Below, in pieces: positions 35,801 to 48,614 of a stretch of DNA of 64,000 nt. A program made the translations under genes and the position numbers. Source of the stretch: Tubulanus polymorphus (taxonomy: Eukaryota; Animalia; Nemertea); contig NC_134025.1 in NCBI RefSeq assembly GCF_964204645.1, positions 17,087,101 to 17,151,100 of the forward strand, in the 5' to 3' direction. The notes under the pieces were generated by a model that did not search any database, was not told the origin of the DNA, and saw only the letters and a program-made list of their open reading frames with translations. How positions within the stretch are numbered: the stretch's first letter is position 1; the number at the start of each line of letters is the position of its first letter.

Positions 35801-38800
35801 ATTTATGTACCCTGTGTTAAAAGTATCAGATGGAGAGGCCCGTGTACTTCTTCACAAAAATAGCATTTTGGCCTTTCAAGGAGATCGGTGTGCAGCAAAG
35901 ATATACGCGTTACCTCCGCTATGAGATTTTCAGGCAGGTGGTCACCATGGTCTATAGTCATGAACACTGTACTATAACGCCCAGACATCCATCTAAACGA
36001 GTACCAGGTTTATAGTACCCAGGCAGCAGGCGAATCATTTGGGTCACCTGCAATGTACTATAACCGTAGAAATTAAGCACTGCTATGCTTTAACCAACCA
36101 ACAGCTGATAGAGTTCATCAGAGCATCCAAACTTGAAATCTCCAGGAATCTATTTACTGTTTTATAAGCAGTGGATGCCATGTGTCCCTCTAATCGCCTT
36201 CATCAACGCAAACATTAAAAAAATGTGACGATTTTAACTGCTAAATCTGCCAGCGATCACTCGATACCGTTACTTTTCATAGTTGATATCTTAAAAGTGA
36301 GATTGAAACAAATCCTTCCCGGATAAAAGGAACACCTTAAACAGTCACCTAAAACATATTCATAGTCATATAGTCTTGGATAATTACATGCCACATAATT
36401 ATTTTAGTTCAGGAATCGATATTTTTGAAGCTCGGCTTAAAAATCCTCCTATATTTAACAAGTGTTTTATAGAACAATGATATGTTTGATAACAGGGTCG
36501 AATGGTTTATTTTGAACATTTCATCCAATTCCAAATTGGCTACATATTTCAGCCTAGATTTCATGCTTTTTAGACAGGATGATTTGATATTGTTTAACAC
36601 TCAAGAGAAATCTCTCAAGAAAATCAAGATGCGGGGAATATATTTAAAGCAACGTTTCGCCTAAAAAATTGAAAAGTCATATTGTATTTCTAATATAACA
36701 CATGTGCATGATCAGGCCTTATGACAGATTAGGCTACTACTCAACTGTGAAAGCCCTTAAATTCTGCTGACCTGTATTAATTTGTATTAGACATAAACGT
36801 AAGTGACCTAAGCAAGGGGACAAAACGCGGACAGCGATTTTATTGTCTGTATCAATAAAATACATAATTAAGCATATATAGCCTTGGTATTTTTCTGCGC
36901 AGAAGTGTGTTTGTTGTTTGAGCTAAATGGATGAATGCCATCTGTATAACTGAGCAATAATGTTTTAATGCGATAGAGCTACCCCTCCCTCTCCGTAACT
37001 TTCAATCAATCTACGGTCCTAAAACCGTTTCGTATCAATAGATACATTAGATGTAGATGTTGATTTAATTTCCGATAACAGAAACAATTAGTAATCGTAC
37101 TTATCTGAAATTCAACCTAAGGCAGACTTTTCTAAGTCTGAGGATTTTTCTTAGTTCCAAACGATTCGACTTGTCACCGAATAACCAAGACCTCAATTCT
37201 TGTTATATCTTTGTGTTCATTTGTAAAATCTAATGTACATATTCAAGCACGAATCAAGGACTTCGGTAAGAAACAGATTTTGAGAAAACTGATTCTGATA
37301 TATTTCATCTGTGAGGGAAACGAGACATCAAGCTTAATTGCTGTTCTTGGCTCGACTCCGTTTTCATAGCCATTTAAAACATAGTAGTGCGCACCCGGTT
37401 AATCGAACAGCCGTCTTACCGAGTCAACAGGTCATTTTTTCAAACTCAAAATAAAATGTTGTTGGCCGCATTGCTCTTCCGGATCGATATTTGAATATTT
37501 ATTCAAACAAAATCTTTGTTCGGGATATATTTAACATTAAACCAGACAGGAGAAAGTTAGACACGTGTATATACGTTGATATTTCCTCTGTTCACAAGTT
37601 TACAACTGCATACATCTGTTTTTATAAATTATTTAAACCGTTAAATTATTTAAACGTTTAAACTTGAGTACGTCTACGAACAAACGTCTTGTTTGGTTCT
37701 CGCGCGTGGAAACCACGCATATTTTTTAGTCTATATCTACTTGTTAAACTAGACACAACGTAATGATTGACAGTTCAGATAACAGTGTCTTGTTTTGCTG
37801 CTAGCGGAAAATTAGTCCATTGTAAATAATTTCTTGATTCATAAAATACTAAATCACCCTTAAGTAAGGGAATATTCTCCCAACTGAACTCAATTTAAAT
37901 TGTTTTGCGCCATCATTGACCTCGAACGATGAATTCAATGTAATTTTAAAACGCACTGAAAAATAACCAAAATATAGCGGTAAATTTCCGCCAATAAGAT
38001 TTTATTAATCATGGTATTTAATTGAATTTTAACTGAATTCGGCGAAGTTCAAACACCCTTCAACCTAGCAAGACAGCTATATCAGTGCGATTATACATTC
38101 CTCTGTCAGGAAGAAAATTTTGGTCAAGCCCATTTTCATGTATAGTCAATTAGCACACTGTCCTTTAAAACCAAGCAACATGTGATGCTCACAGTGTGCA
38201 GACTATTTTTGATCAGCATGCTCAGTGACGTCACACAGAGCTCCTAAACTGTAATGATCCAAAAATTGAACTAAACTCAATGTATCGGTACAAATCCGAA
38301 CATGTACACGGCCGGTATTTTACATTTGATACCAAAAACCCGTTCATGCAACGCACAGACCGCACCAACCCGTGAAGTTTCGCCGTTAGTTTCTTATAGA
38401 CTAGTATACATTTGCTCGGACGAAACTTATTTAGTTAACATTCTAACCGTGTGAATCCCTAGTTTTCGGAATTCTGACATTTTAGGAATTGTGCGCATAA
38501 ACGCCGCTTTCCAAATGAAATTTGGAATTTAAAGATAATTGTCGTTTTCTAATACGTGAATTTGAAACTGTCGTAGGTTATCACTATAATTGCTATAACA
38601 CAATTATCCTTCATGATTAAAAGCATAAATACAGTATCGGGAAAGGAAACTAACTCCATCCTTTATATTTCAATTCATATTTTGACACAGAATAGCGAAC
38701 AGTAGGACCTTCTCAAGACGAAATAAAAAACAGATTCTTTCTGTCCCCACATCTTCAAAATACTCTTTATTTATGGTCATCCAATTAGCCAGTACTTCAA

Positions 38801-39047
38801 ATACTGTAAAAACAACCGACTGGGATTGGGCCAGCAATCGCAAGCAAAGGTCATGCAGTGAACCGACCTAGGCTACAATATTCGAGCCTCGGTCAGTGCT
38901 AACAGCTGAATCACACGTTCTACGCAAACCCGCACTGCTTGGTAACAGACTATCATTCCTTTGACCGAAGCATAACCGTTTTTCTTTTTTCAGCTTTACA
39001 ATTGATTCCATGAATTTAATAATTCCATTTTCGAATAATAATGTGTT

Positions 39048-39928
39048 AAATGTGCATTTTGAAATTTTTGATTCCTTTTTTTCTTTGTCATGAATAATTG
39101 TATTCCATCTTTAGTGTTCTGTAATTTTTTCCCAGAACCATGTAATGAATTATCCTCTGTTGTTCTGAAATCTAACCATAGTGCGTATTTATTACCTGTA
39201 TAATAATTAATATTACAATTTTCAGATGATTTTACTTTTTCATTCATAAGATGTTTTCTAATTTCTGGCCATTGATCTATCATTCTCATTCCTTGACAAA
39301 ATATTTTATTTGCTATTCCTTCGATAGTTATTTATACTTTTGTTATTTCAGGATTATAATAATTATCAACCTGTATTGCGCCATTACAATATGTTGCAAT
39401 GGTAAAAATATTAATATACCTTTAATAGATCTTCTTGGGAAGTTAATATTCTCATTAATAATTTCATCACTTGCATTAATAGTTACAATTTTAAATTTAT
39501 CAATATAATCATATAATAATGAAAATCCTTGATTGTATTGAGTTTCGAATTGTGTTAGCAATATTTTCATCAGTTACTGTATCATATTCTTAACATTATT
39601 CGATAATTTAATGCATAAATAAATTATAATCATCTAATGAGAAAACTGTTTCTGGCCTAATCTTTATAGTTAATTTTTTAATCAAATATCTTCCAACATT
39701 ATCGACAACATAATTATTATTATTGCCAGTTACTTTTATATCGGCTGATAAATAAATACTATTTGGAACATAAAAAGTATTTTGTGTTAATCTAGGGATT
39801 CTAACATATAAAGTTTCATCAGGATTAATATTAGAAGGATTATGAGTAATTATATGATGAGATCTTTCTGCTTTAATAGCATTAGATATTCTATGATTCT
39901 TAGAAGGATTTATATAACTCCCACTCAT
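39048..39928 (-). pseudogene. Putative major capsid protein of element A (internal deletion, transposon insertion)
   Basis: Near-identical to 60032..61279; deletion near 39605; ends at MHI against the TIR. Confidence 0.8.
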
Positions 39929-39948
39929 TTATTTAACAAAAAAATTAA

Positions 39949-41874
39949 TTATTTATTTTTATCATATTCACTAACCCAAAAATAATTGCACTTAGAACTG
40001 TAATTAGAAATAAAATAATATGTTCAGCAGCAAAGTTAAGAATATTCCCAGCAGATTTCAATATAAAACCAACAATTGACGCAATAACTCCGGGTAAAGT
40101 TGCAGCAGATTTTTTAGATAGATTCCCATAAATATTTTGCTAATTTTTTTAAACCATCCTTAACTTCATCATGTATAGAATTATTATCATTTGGGGGTTT
40201 ATCTGGTTTATTGGGAGTAGGAGTAGATTTTAATGAATTTGATATAGCTAAACCTATTGTTGTAAATACCATAGTTACAGCTGTTAGAATTGAAAGAATT
40301 GTTATTCCTTCTAATTTAAATAATAATTTTATTCTATCTTTCAATGATATTTCAGAATTTGGTTTAATCAACAAATCTTTAAAAATCACTTTTAATCTAT
40401 TAATATTATAATCATATGATTTTAATAATAATTTAATTTCTTCTTTCTGAAATTCTATGTTATATTCTAAATTATCAATTTCTTTTTCTAAACTTATAAT
40501 TCTTTGTCTATGTTCCATTTCATCAATTACTTGATGACCTAAATCAGACTTTAATTGTTCTATTTCTTTATTTTTATCAGTTAATTCTTTTTCTAAAAAT
40601 CTAATTTTAATATCTCTTTTACTTTTTTCATGCGCAATTTTATCAGCTGATTCTTGCATACCATTAATTTCTCTACGTGCTTGTTCAGGAAATGCTTCTA
40701 ATTCATCATCGGTTAAATCCAATAATCCTTTTTCTAGTAAAGATTGTATTCGATTTATTCCAGTTTCAGCACCGGGTGTATCTAAAACACTATTCATCTG
40801 TTCTTCAAATGAATGAACTGTATCTAACATGCTATCAAAATGTTTTACTAATTGTAATTGACTTGAATCATTATCAATTTGTTGAATATCTCTTCTCGAT
40901 GTTTCGGGAGTTGAAGATCTTAATCTATCTGATCGATCTGCATACTCTTCCATTTCTGGATCAACATTAGTAGGATTTGGATTTGGATTTTTAAATGGTG
41001 AATATTTGTTTATATCAATATTAGGAATTGGTTCTTCTTCATTTATTCTATCGAGTGCATTCCATATAATTCTGAGAAATTCTCTACCGCCTTTTGAACC
41101 TTCAATTGTAGATCTCGCTAACATTTCTTAATTTATCTAATCGATCCCCATACTCTTCCATTTCTGGATCAACATAAGTAGGATTTAAATTTGGATTTTT
41201 AAATGGTGAATATTTGTTAATATCAATACCAACATTTGGTTCTTCTTCATCTATTCTATCGAGTGCATTCCATATAATTCTGAGAAATTCTGTACCACCT
41301 TTTGAATGTTCAATTGAAGATCCAGATTTCAGGATGGTACAGATCTTCTTGTCCCATTTTAGATAATTGAATTGATACAGTTTCGTTATTTAATTCAACT
41401 TTATAAAACCATGAATCATTTTTAAATTCTAAATTATTCATGAAATGTGGATCATCTTTTCTAATTTGTTCTGAAATATCTTCTGGTTCAATGTTATATG
41501 TTACATTTTTTGGTAATAATTCTTCAATAACTGTATTTGTTACACTATGTTTTATGTATGATAATTCTTTTTTCAATACAGGGTTTTCTGTTCTTTCTAA
41601 TCTATTAATTAAATCTTTTCTTTCTGGTCTAGTTTTAATTATTATCTCATCGCGGGTTCTTAAATAATCTATTAATTATTCACTTGTTACAGTATCATAT
41701 TTAAATTCATCATAATCATATAATATAGGCCCACTAGAATCATCTTCACCTAAATTAGTATTATATGCTGATTCATCATCATTATCAATATTAGTTTCAT
41801 TAAATTCAGGTTGTGGTTCATCACTTATACCGGGAGCGTCACCAAAAGGTATCCATTGGAATATCTTCTTCCAT
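39949..41874 (-). pseudogene. Coiled-coil membrane protein with variable acidic N-terminus
   Basis: C-terminal half matches 61300..62718 (LEGITILSILTAVTM..); internal about 208-bp duplication at 40931-41307; frameshifts. Confidence 0.75.
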
Positions 41875-43053
41875 TTATATAATAAAAAATTTAAAGTTAA
41901 AATATAATATTCCTCCGATTACAATTCCTATACTAGTTATAGCTAATTTAGCATTTTCATGGGATTTATTATCATCATTAGTTTTAATTATTTCATGTTG
42001 AATATTATCAGTTTTTATATCTTCTGTAGTATTGTAATCTTTTATTTTAGAATCATTATTTAATTTAATATTCTTAGTTTTAGTTTCTGTTGATTGAATA
42101 TGTTTTTTATTTTTTTCACCTTCCATTAATTTTGGAGCAGTGATAATCTTTTTGTTTATATCATTTAATCCAAATGAATTATTTATTGTTGCAGTTTTAA
42201 TTAGATTATTATAACCAATTATACTTCCCATCTTTAATACTAAATCATTAGAAATAATTAATGGATTATGGCCTATACAATCATTTAATCTAATATGTGA
42301 TTTATCTAAATAATTTTGATATCTTACTATATTTTCTGGAATCGATCTATTTTTATCATTATGAATGGAATCTTCAAATAATACTTTGAATTGTTTTTGT
42401 GTATCAAATGAAGTGTTATCATTTCCAACTATTGGTGATGTTGTTTCAACTTGCGGACCTAGAATACATATCAAATAAGTTCTAATAGATTGATTTATTC
42501 TTTGTATACCTGATTTTGTAAAACCTTCACTATTTTCTAAAATAAAATTAATCCATCCATTATTGTTTTGTTGTTGTATATTATTATAATATTTTGGTAA
42601 TTCATTCCATAATAGTGTTCTTATATCTGTATTTGTCATTATTTTTCCAAATTCTTTAGTATATAATATTCCTAATCCACCCATTGTTCCAATTTTTGAT
42701 CTAAAATCATTATTTGAATTAATATTAAATTCATTACATATTTTATAAAACTTAGAAAAATTAATATTATTATTTAGTTCATTAAAATATTTTGAACCTG
42801 GTAAAGGACATTCTAATTCATCTAATATTAATTTTATTTGAAAATATGTATGAAATCTAAAAAGTGATAACATCAATGGTAAACTTGGTTTTTTTAAATG
42901 ATCATTCCAACTTATACCACACCCTGTTGTTGCGCAATAAACAGCAAAATTTAATTGGTTCTGCCAATACTTCATATTAGATTTTAATGACCATTGTTTT
43001 GCCTCATTTAAATTTTTAAAATTAATTGTATACACATGAAATATATTTTCCAC
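41875..43053 (-). CDS. Conserved Polinton-like hypothetical protein (about 400 aa, C-terminal TM)
   Basis: WQNQLNFAVYCATTGCGISW.DH, FRFHTYFQ; frame open upstream to about 43170 but ATG lost; homolog at 62735-64000. Confidence 0.7.
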   Translation of the reverse strand: MENIFHVYTINFKNLNEAKQWSLKSNMKYWQNQLNFAVYCATTGCGISWNDHLKKPSLPLMLSLFRFHTYFQIKLILDELECPLPGSKYFNELNNNINFSKFYKICNEFNINSNNDFRSKIGTMGGLGILYTKEFGKIMTNTDIRTLLWNELPKYYNNIQQQNNNGWINFILENSEGFTKSGIQRINQSIRTYLICILGPQVETTSPIVGNDNTSFDTQKQFKVLFEDSIHNDKNRSIPENIVRYQNYLDKSHIRLNDCIGHNPLIISNDLVLKMGSIIGYNNLIKTATINNSFGLNDINKKIITAPKLMEGEKNKKHIQSTETKTKNIKLNNDSKIKDYNTTEDIKTDNIQHEIIKTNDDNKSHENAKLAITSIGIVIGGILYFNFKFFII

Positions 43054-43204
43054 CTTAACATTAAAATTATTACTTTCAGTAACATAAATATCTAAATCAA
43101 TTAATGAATTAAAAACTTCATTTCTATATGAAATATCTTTATTAAAATCTATTGCATTTAATTGATTTATTATATTGGAAAGCTTTTAGAAAAATAATTA
43201 AAAA

Positions 43205-43632
43205 ATTAATAATTTATTAATTCTTTTAATAATTTATCTTGTTCTTCAACTGTAATATTATCATTCAAACTTATTATATAATCTAGTGTATTTTTCAATT
43301 TATTAATTTCTTTTATATTAGTTTTAATTTTTTCTTTATTACTTTTTATATTTACTTATACCAGTTAAAACACTTGAACTTAACCTAACACACCAATTGA
43401 TATAGCTAAAGGAGTTAATGGACTGAATATTGCTAGAAATGTTATTACAGAACTAATTGTAACTGAACCACTGATAATAACATAATATATAATTTTACTT
43501 TTTAAATATTTTTTCTTTTTTATCTTTCAAGTCACTTTCAAATTCTAATATTTGTTTTTCTAAATATATTTTTAATTTAGTTTTATTTATATCATGAGGA
43601 ATAATGTCAATATTATCAACTTTATCATCCAT
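43205..43632 (-). pseudogene. Small TM protein, decayed
   Basis: T-run-GCTAAATAAATG start; hydrophobic IVISGSVTISSVITFLAIFSPLTPLAISIG; frameshifts. Confidence 0.5.
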
Positions 43633-43814
43633 TTATTTAGCAAAAAAAATTACTAATTAGTAAATTCATATGCTACAAATATAACAATAACTGTTTCGCC
43701 TAAAAATCCAAATTATTTCATATTTCTGTTGTTCTTTACTTGGGGTATAATAATCTGATAATTTAGGTTTGTATAGATGTAATTTTTCTTTATTGGTTAC
43801 CGCGTTATATAAAC

Positions 43815-44087
43815 TCATTGCATCATCAATTGCATCATCACTGATTGAAAATCTCTATGTGAAATCTTCTGATCATATAATTCCTTGTTGATATAATCCA
43901 TATAGTTTTGCCTCTTTTCTCTATATTCTTCTGCAGCTTTATTATATTTCTCTAACGCTAAGTTATGTCTTTTTTGTTCTGATAATGATCCATTTTTATC
44001 AATATGCTTGAATAAATAACCACCACCAGTAAATGCTAAAGCGTTAACAATTGCCGATCCTATAATAGTTATAATTGCAGAAGCCAT
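43815..44087 (-). CDS. Small protein with hydrophobic N-terminus and coiled coil (3' frameshift)
   Basis: MASAIITIIGSAIVNALAFTGGGYLF...EQKRHNLALE; second copy at 1188-1282. Confidence 0.7.
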   Translation of the reverse strand: MASAIITIIGSAIVNALAFTGGGYLFKHIDKNGSLSEQKRHNLALEKYNKAAEEYREKRQNYMDYINKELYDQKISHRDFQSVMMQLMMQ

Positions 44088-44328
44088 TTATTTAGCAAAA
44101 AAATATGCATTTATATGGGAGGAATATATTTTTGTTTTTCCAAATAATCAATAGTTAAATTAGATAAAGTAACTACTAATGTTAATTTTAAGATATCATT
44201 TATGTCAAATCTATCAACATTAACACTTCCCATTTTAAATACTTTTTATAATACCATTGAATAACCAACAATTCCAACTGATAGTAAGGCGCCATTATAT
44301 AATCCAGTTATTATCCACTTATTATCAC

Positions 44329-44673
44329 TCATTTATTTATCAAAAAATTACTATCTTCAGAATATTTAGTTATCTTAGTGATAATTATTTCAACATTTAT
44401 TTCATTTCTACTTTTATGATTATCATATATTTTAGATAATATATCTTTAATATCATCAATAATTCCATCTTCATTTAATTCATAATATTCTAAAGGTGTT
44501 TTAATTAAATCAATTACTTTTTCTATATTATAATTTTCTTTATTAATCATTGATGCATTGTTAAATGATTTACTTTTTATATCAGTAATTACATCATTGA
44601 CTTTAATTCTCATTTCTTTACCATGTTTAAAATCAAACCCAAAACATATACTCGGTCCAACAGTTATATTCAT
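44329..44673 (-). CDS. Polinton hypothetical protein (114 aa)
   Basis: T-run-CACTATATAAATG start; decayed homolog at 2101-2412. Confidence 0.55.
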   Translation of the reverse strand: MNITVGPSICFGFDFKHGKEMRIKVNDVITDIKSKSFNNASMINKENYNIEKVIDLIKTPLEYYELNEDGIIDDIKDILSKIYDNHKSRNEINVEIIITKITKYSEDSNFLINK

Positions 44674-44690
44674 TTATATAGTGAAAAAAA

Positions 44691-44830
44691 TTACTCTCTA
44701 CATCTTATAACTAATTCATATATCACAGGAAAGTTATTCAAATCAATTAAATATCCATTATGATTTCTAATTGCTAATCTAAAATTATTAAATTGAGGAA
44801 TGCATGGTTTGAAATCACATTAACTGTATT
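44691..44830 (-). pseudogene. Probable penton (minor capsid) C-terminal remnant
   Basis: FNNFRLAIRNHNGYLIDLNNFPVIYELVIR resembles the I.D..G..IDFNG penton C-terminal pattern; fused by deletion to a remnant of the 4388-type ORF. Confidence 0.5.
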
Positions 44831-45019
44831 GTCACAGTAACTGTAACAATATTTTTAATTAGATATTTCTTATGGATTGTTAATTCTTTTAACTTCTTGA
44901 ATTTATAATCTACTGATTTGACATTTGACGTATCTTTGATTCTATCTAGAATGATTTGTTGTTCTCACTGTGAGCTTGTTTACTCTCAATTTATAATATA
45001 TATTTTTATTAAAATTTGA

Positions 45020-47483
45020 TTAACACGTTATAATCCTGTTCATTATTTCCTTCTCTTTTGTTTCTTCTCTTTTAAATCTTAAGTATTCATCTAAATTACA
45101 ACCATATGCAACTGTGTGTATACCATCATCTAAAATATATCTTTTATCATCAAATGGGTTTAGACTGATCTTCTCTATCTCTTCAATAAACATTTCATGA
45201 TCTTCAGATCTTAAACATCTCATCTTATGTTTTCTAACTTCTTCATTGAATATACAATTGATGTAGTCTTTGAAATGAATATTCTTTTCTACTACGCTTT
45301 TGGTAATTCCTTTTAACTTTTTAGATTCATGAGTTTTAGTTTTATATGAATACATTTTAGATTTAATACCAATGAATTCAATCATTTCTTCACCACCCAA
45401 TTCATCCCGGGAACTTTTTTATTATCATTGCTAAACAATTCATGATCTTTAATTCATGATGTTTTTAAATCATCAGTTATGTTATTAGTTTTTAACTTTA
45501 ATATGTAACTGTCAGTATCAAAATATAAGATTTGAAAATTGATTGTCTTAGCTTGTAAGTTACAATTCTTATGTGCTGCGCCTCTAAACTTTCCATTCAA
45601 ATGATCATGGTCTCTAACCTTTTTACCTTTTAGATTAAATGTCTTTTCACAATAATAACATTTATCTGCAAACTCAAATGCTTCTTTATCTTCTTCTGTC
45701 ATAATTATTTCTTTATTTGTATCTAATAGTTTACTAAATTTTATTTCATACTCGATTAATAAGTCACAAAAATGATTGATAACATTTTCATTTCTATAAT
45801 GATAATATTCACTTTTAATTAGTTCTGGATAATCAGATTTTATATATAACCCGAAAGCTGCAGCTGATTGATGAATCTTTTTAATAGTATTTGTTATTAG
45901 GGGATCTGAATAGTCAATTATATCATTTTCATTAGAATTTAATTTCTTTCTTTTATGATATATTTCTTTTCTATCTTGATCAGTTAATTCTTTATTTGAT
46001 GATTCAAAATCTCCATATATAACAAATGGTACTTTATTCTTGTAATCATATTTTTTGAATTCTAATATTTTATCCTTTTGCATTTGGTAAAACTATCTTA
46101 CAATAATCATGATTATCACATAATTGTTTATGATTTAATAATGCACTTTCAGTTCTCAATTTATGTAAACATTTTCTACATAGATATATTTCATTATCAA
46201 AATCATTTTCTGATTTAAAAAATAAATCGATTTGTTTAATCCACATATAATGATTTTCATAATATAGTATATCTATAACATCATTTGAATCATAATCTTT
46301 TGATAGGTATAAAGGTTCTAATGTATAATGTTTTATATCGTTACCTTTCTTATTTGGTAATTTGATTAGATCGAATACATTTATTTTTAGATTATTATCT
46401 CTTTCTATTTTTGGGATATTTTTAATTCTAACTGGATAATTGTCTGTCTTATAATTATTTTCGAATTGTTTATAATTTGTTAATTTAAAACTATGTGTAA
46501 TATCTTCTGTTGGATGTAAGCAACTAATTATTGTCCATAGAAAACATTTATCATCAGAATTTTGTACATTTATAACAGCATTTGTTTTAAATGGTATTTT
46601 GATATAACTTGATCCATTTATATTATCATGTTTATAATATGATGAATTATTTACATCAATTGGTTTTGATTTAGTTAACTTATTATATTTTGTGTTATAA
46701 ACGTGTAAACTCATAAATATTATTTCATCGAATATTAAACCAGATCCTTCAAAATATTTCTCTTCTATTTTAGTTTTTACTTCATTATAACATTTATCTA
46801 ATTTATCATCTATATGTTGTTTTGAAATAATATGTTGTGAATGAGAATGTATATTATATATTGGTTTATCTTCAGATTTTATAAACTTTACTTTAGAAGA
46901 TATGCTAATTTTAGGGTGTTCAACATCTGTGATTATTTTTACAATATTTTATATATTTTCTAAATTTTTTTTATTTTCTTCTAATGTTTTTCCTTTATGA
47001 AATTTAAACTCAATAGCTGCTGGACCATTATCACTTTTAAATGCTTCGGTTATCTATTTCCTTTTTATTATCTAATGAATTAATATAATTTCTTACATCT
47101 TCCATGTATGGTCTTTTATTGCTTAATTTATTTTTTATTCTTTTAATTGTCTTCTGTTTCTTTTCATTATCATTATCAAAATAATCCTCACCTAAAATCA
47201 TTATTCTTATTTCTAATATGACTTTTAGATTTTAAATGTTCTTTATAATATCTTTTCTCACTGAATGATTGATTATATGTATCACATTTGTATGTTTCTT
47301 TTTCATTCTTTAATTTAGTTTAACTTTAGTTTTGTTTTTCTCTAATTTAGTTTCTAATATATCATCTTTATTTTTTAACTTTAATTTATTTTCTAAATGT
47401 GTTCTAGTTTTATTGTGTCTTGCTTTTTGGGATTTATCTATATTGATTTTACATGTTGAACAGTAGTACTTATTTGCTTCCAT
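45020..47483 (-). pseudogene. polB: Protein-primed PolB of element A, intein-free, large internal deletion
   Basis: DDKCFLW..HYMW, YGDFES (ExoI), VRDHDH..RGAAH..CNL, then a jump to YFDTDSY, KSKMYSY, KKLKGI, LNPFDDKRY. Confidence 0.92.
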
Positions 47484-47714
47484 TTTAATACTAAATTTTT
47501 TATTAAAATTGATTTTAGAAGTTATTCATTTATATTTTATTCATGTATATGAATATTTTAAGAGTAATAGGGATAATAGGGGTTCATATCAAAGGTCGAA
47601 AGGGCGGGCGAGTAAAAAATGAAAAATAAATTCGAGTGTGCGAGAATTTATTTTTCATTTCTAATGAGCTCGACCTTTCGACCTTTGGTATGAAACAACT
47701 TATTCCCTATTACT
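47440..47714 (-). repeat. Right TIR of element A
   Basis: Ends CCCTATTACT followed by GGTAGC; internal palindrome 47563-47714. Confidence 0.9.
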
Positions 47715-48530
47715 GGTAGCACACCGAGTGCCTCCAAGACAACTAAAATACGACGAGAAAGGAGTTAAACAACCGGACAGAATAATTGTGCGTTTTTTCG
47801 ATCGAAAGAGGCGGAATTTTATCATTCGGAAACGTGCGACATTAAAGGATTCAGGGATTATAATACGCGAAGATCTTTGCCCTGAAATTGCGAAACTAGT
47901 TAATCGCGCGGTTAACTCGAGACTATATAACAAAGTGTGGACAGTCATTGGAGAAGTATTCGGTTGCACTGAGAATGGTGAGAAAAAAAGAATTAACATT
48001 TTCAAACCACTGCCGAAGTAATAGCAGTACCGGTAATTAACTAATTGTGACTAACTAACTTTTTTCCTTTCTTCATTCGTTTATGCGTTATACATTGTTA
48101 GCAATACAGGTATCTCTAAATGGATCTTACCAATAATTCAAATATTTGGTCAAACTTTCAGAATTACCAAATTATTGATATGTACATATTAACTTACCAA
48201 TCCTAATATAGATCCGTTTGGTTTAAATAATAACCCAAATGCTTTTCTGGGTAACCAGACTAAATTATCATGTTTTTGCTAAATGCTTTTGCTATATGTA
48301 TCATCTATTCTCAACTCATATGAAAAGTTCAATGAAACTCAATACACGCAATATTACAACTTGTTCTGTAATACATGAATATGAATTATATTGGTATCTG
48401 GGGATCTTAGCTAAAGTTCTATTTTTGAAAATTTTAGTAAAAAGAAATGTGTTTAGGTAATACAGATCCAGAGAGCCGCATTAAAAACATAAGAAACAAT
48501 CCCAATCTATTATTAAATGTATTCGGCGAT
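47715..48530 (+). mobile_element. LINE ORF1 C-terminal half and downstream sequence
   Basis: VAHRVPP...PDRIIVRF..RK...LKDSGIIIREDL...VWT..G; ORF ends at 48021. Confidence 0.75.
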
Positions 48531-48614
48531 AGTAATAGGAAATGTGTTGTTTCATACCAGAGGTCGAAGGTCGAGACACCACTCATCACCACAAGTATTT
48601 TTTTTCCCTAATAA

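Larger units (their letters stand above)
33208..39047 (-). mobile_element. Inverted partial copy (left about 5.9 kb) of the 10-kb transposon
   Basis: Reverse complement of about 18337-24280 with scattered substitutions and indels; TIR ends at 39047. Confidence 0.92.
6857..47714 (-). mobile_element. Polinton/Maverick element A with nested insertions
   Basis: AGT...ACT termini, about 280-bp TIRs, 6-bp TSD GGTAGC (6851-6856 and 47715-47720); PolB, capsid, integrase and ATPase genes inside. Confidence 0.9.

Noticed and set aside
33208-39047. Inverted duplicate as a pure assembly artefact
   Set aside because: Copies differ by many substitutions and copy-specific insertions (solo LTR at 18440, insert near 34825); the orientation of the middle segment still needs read support
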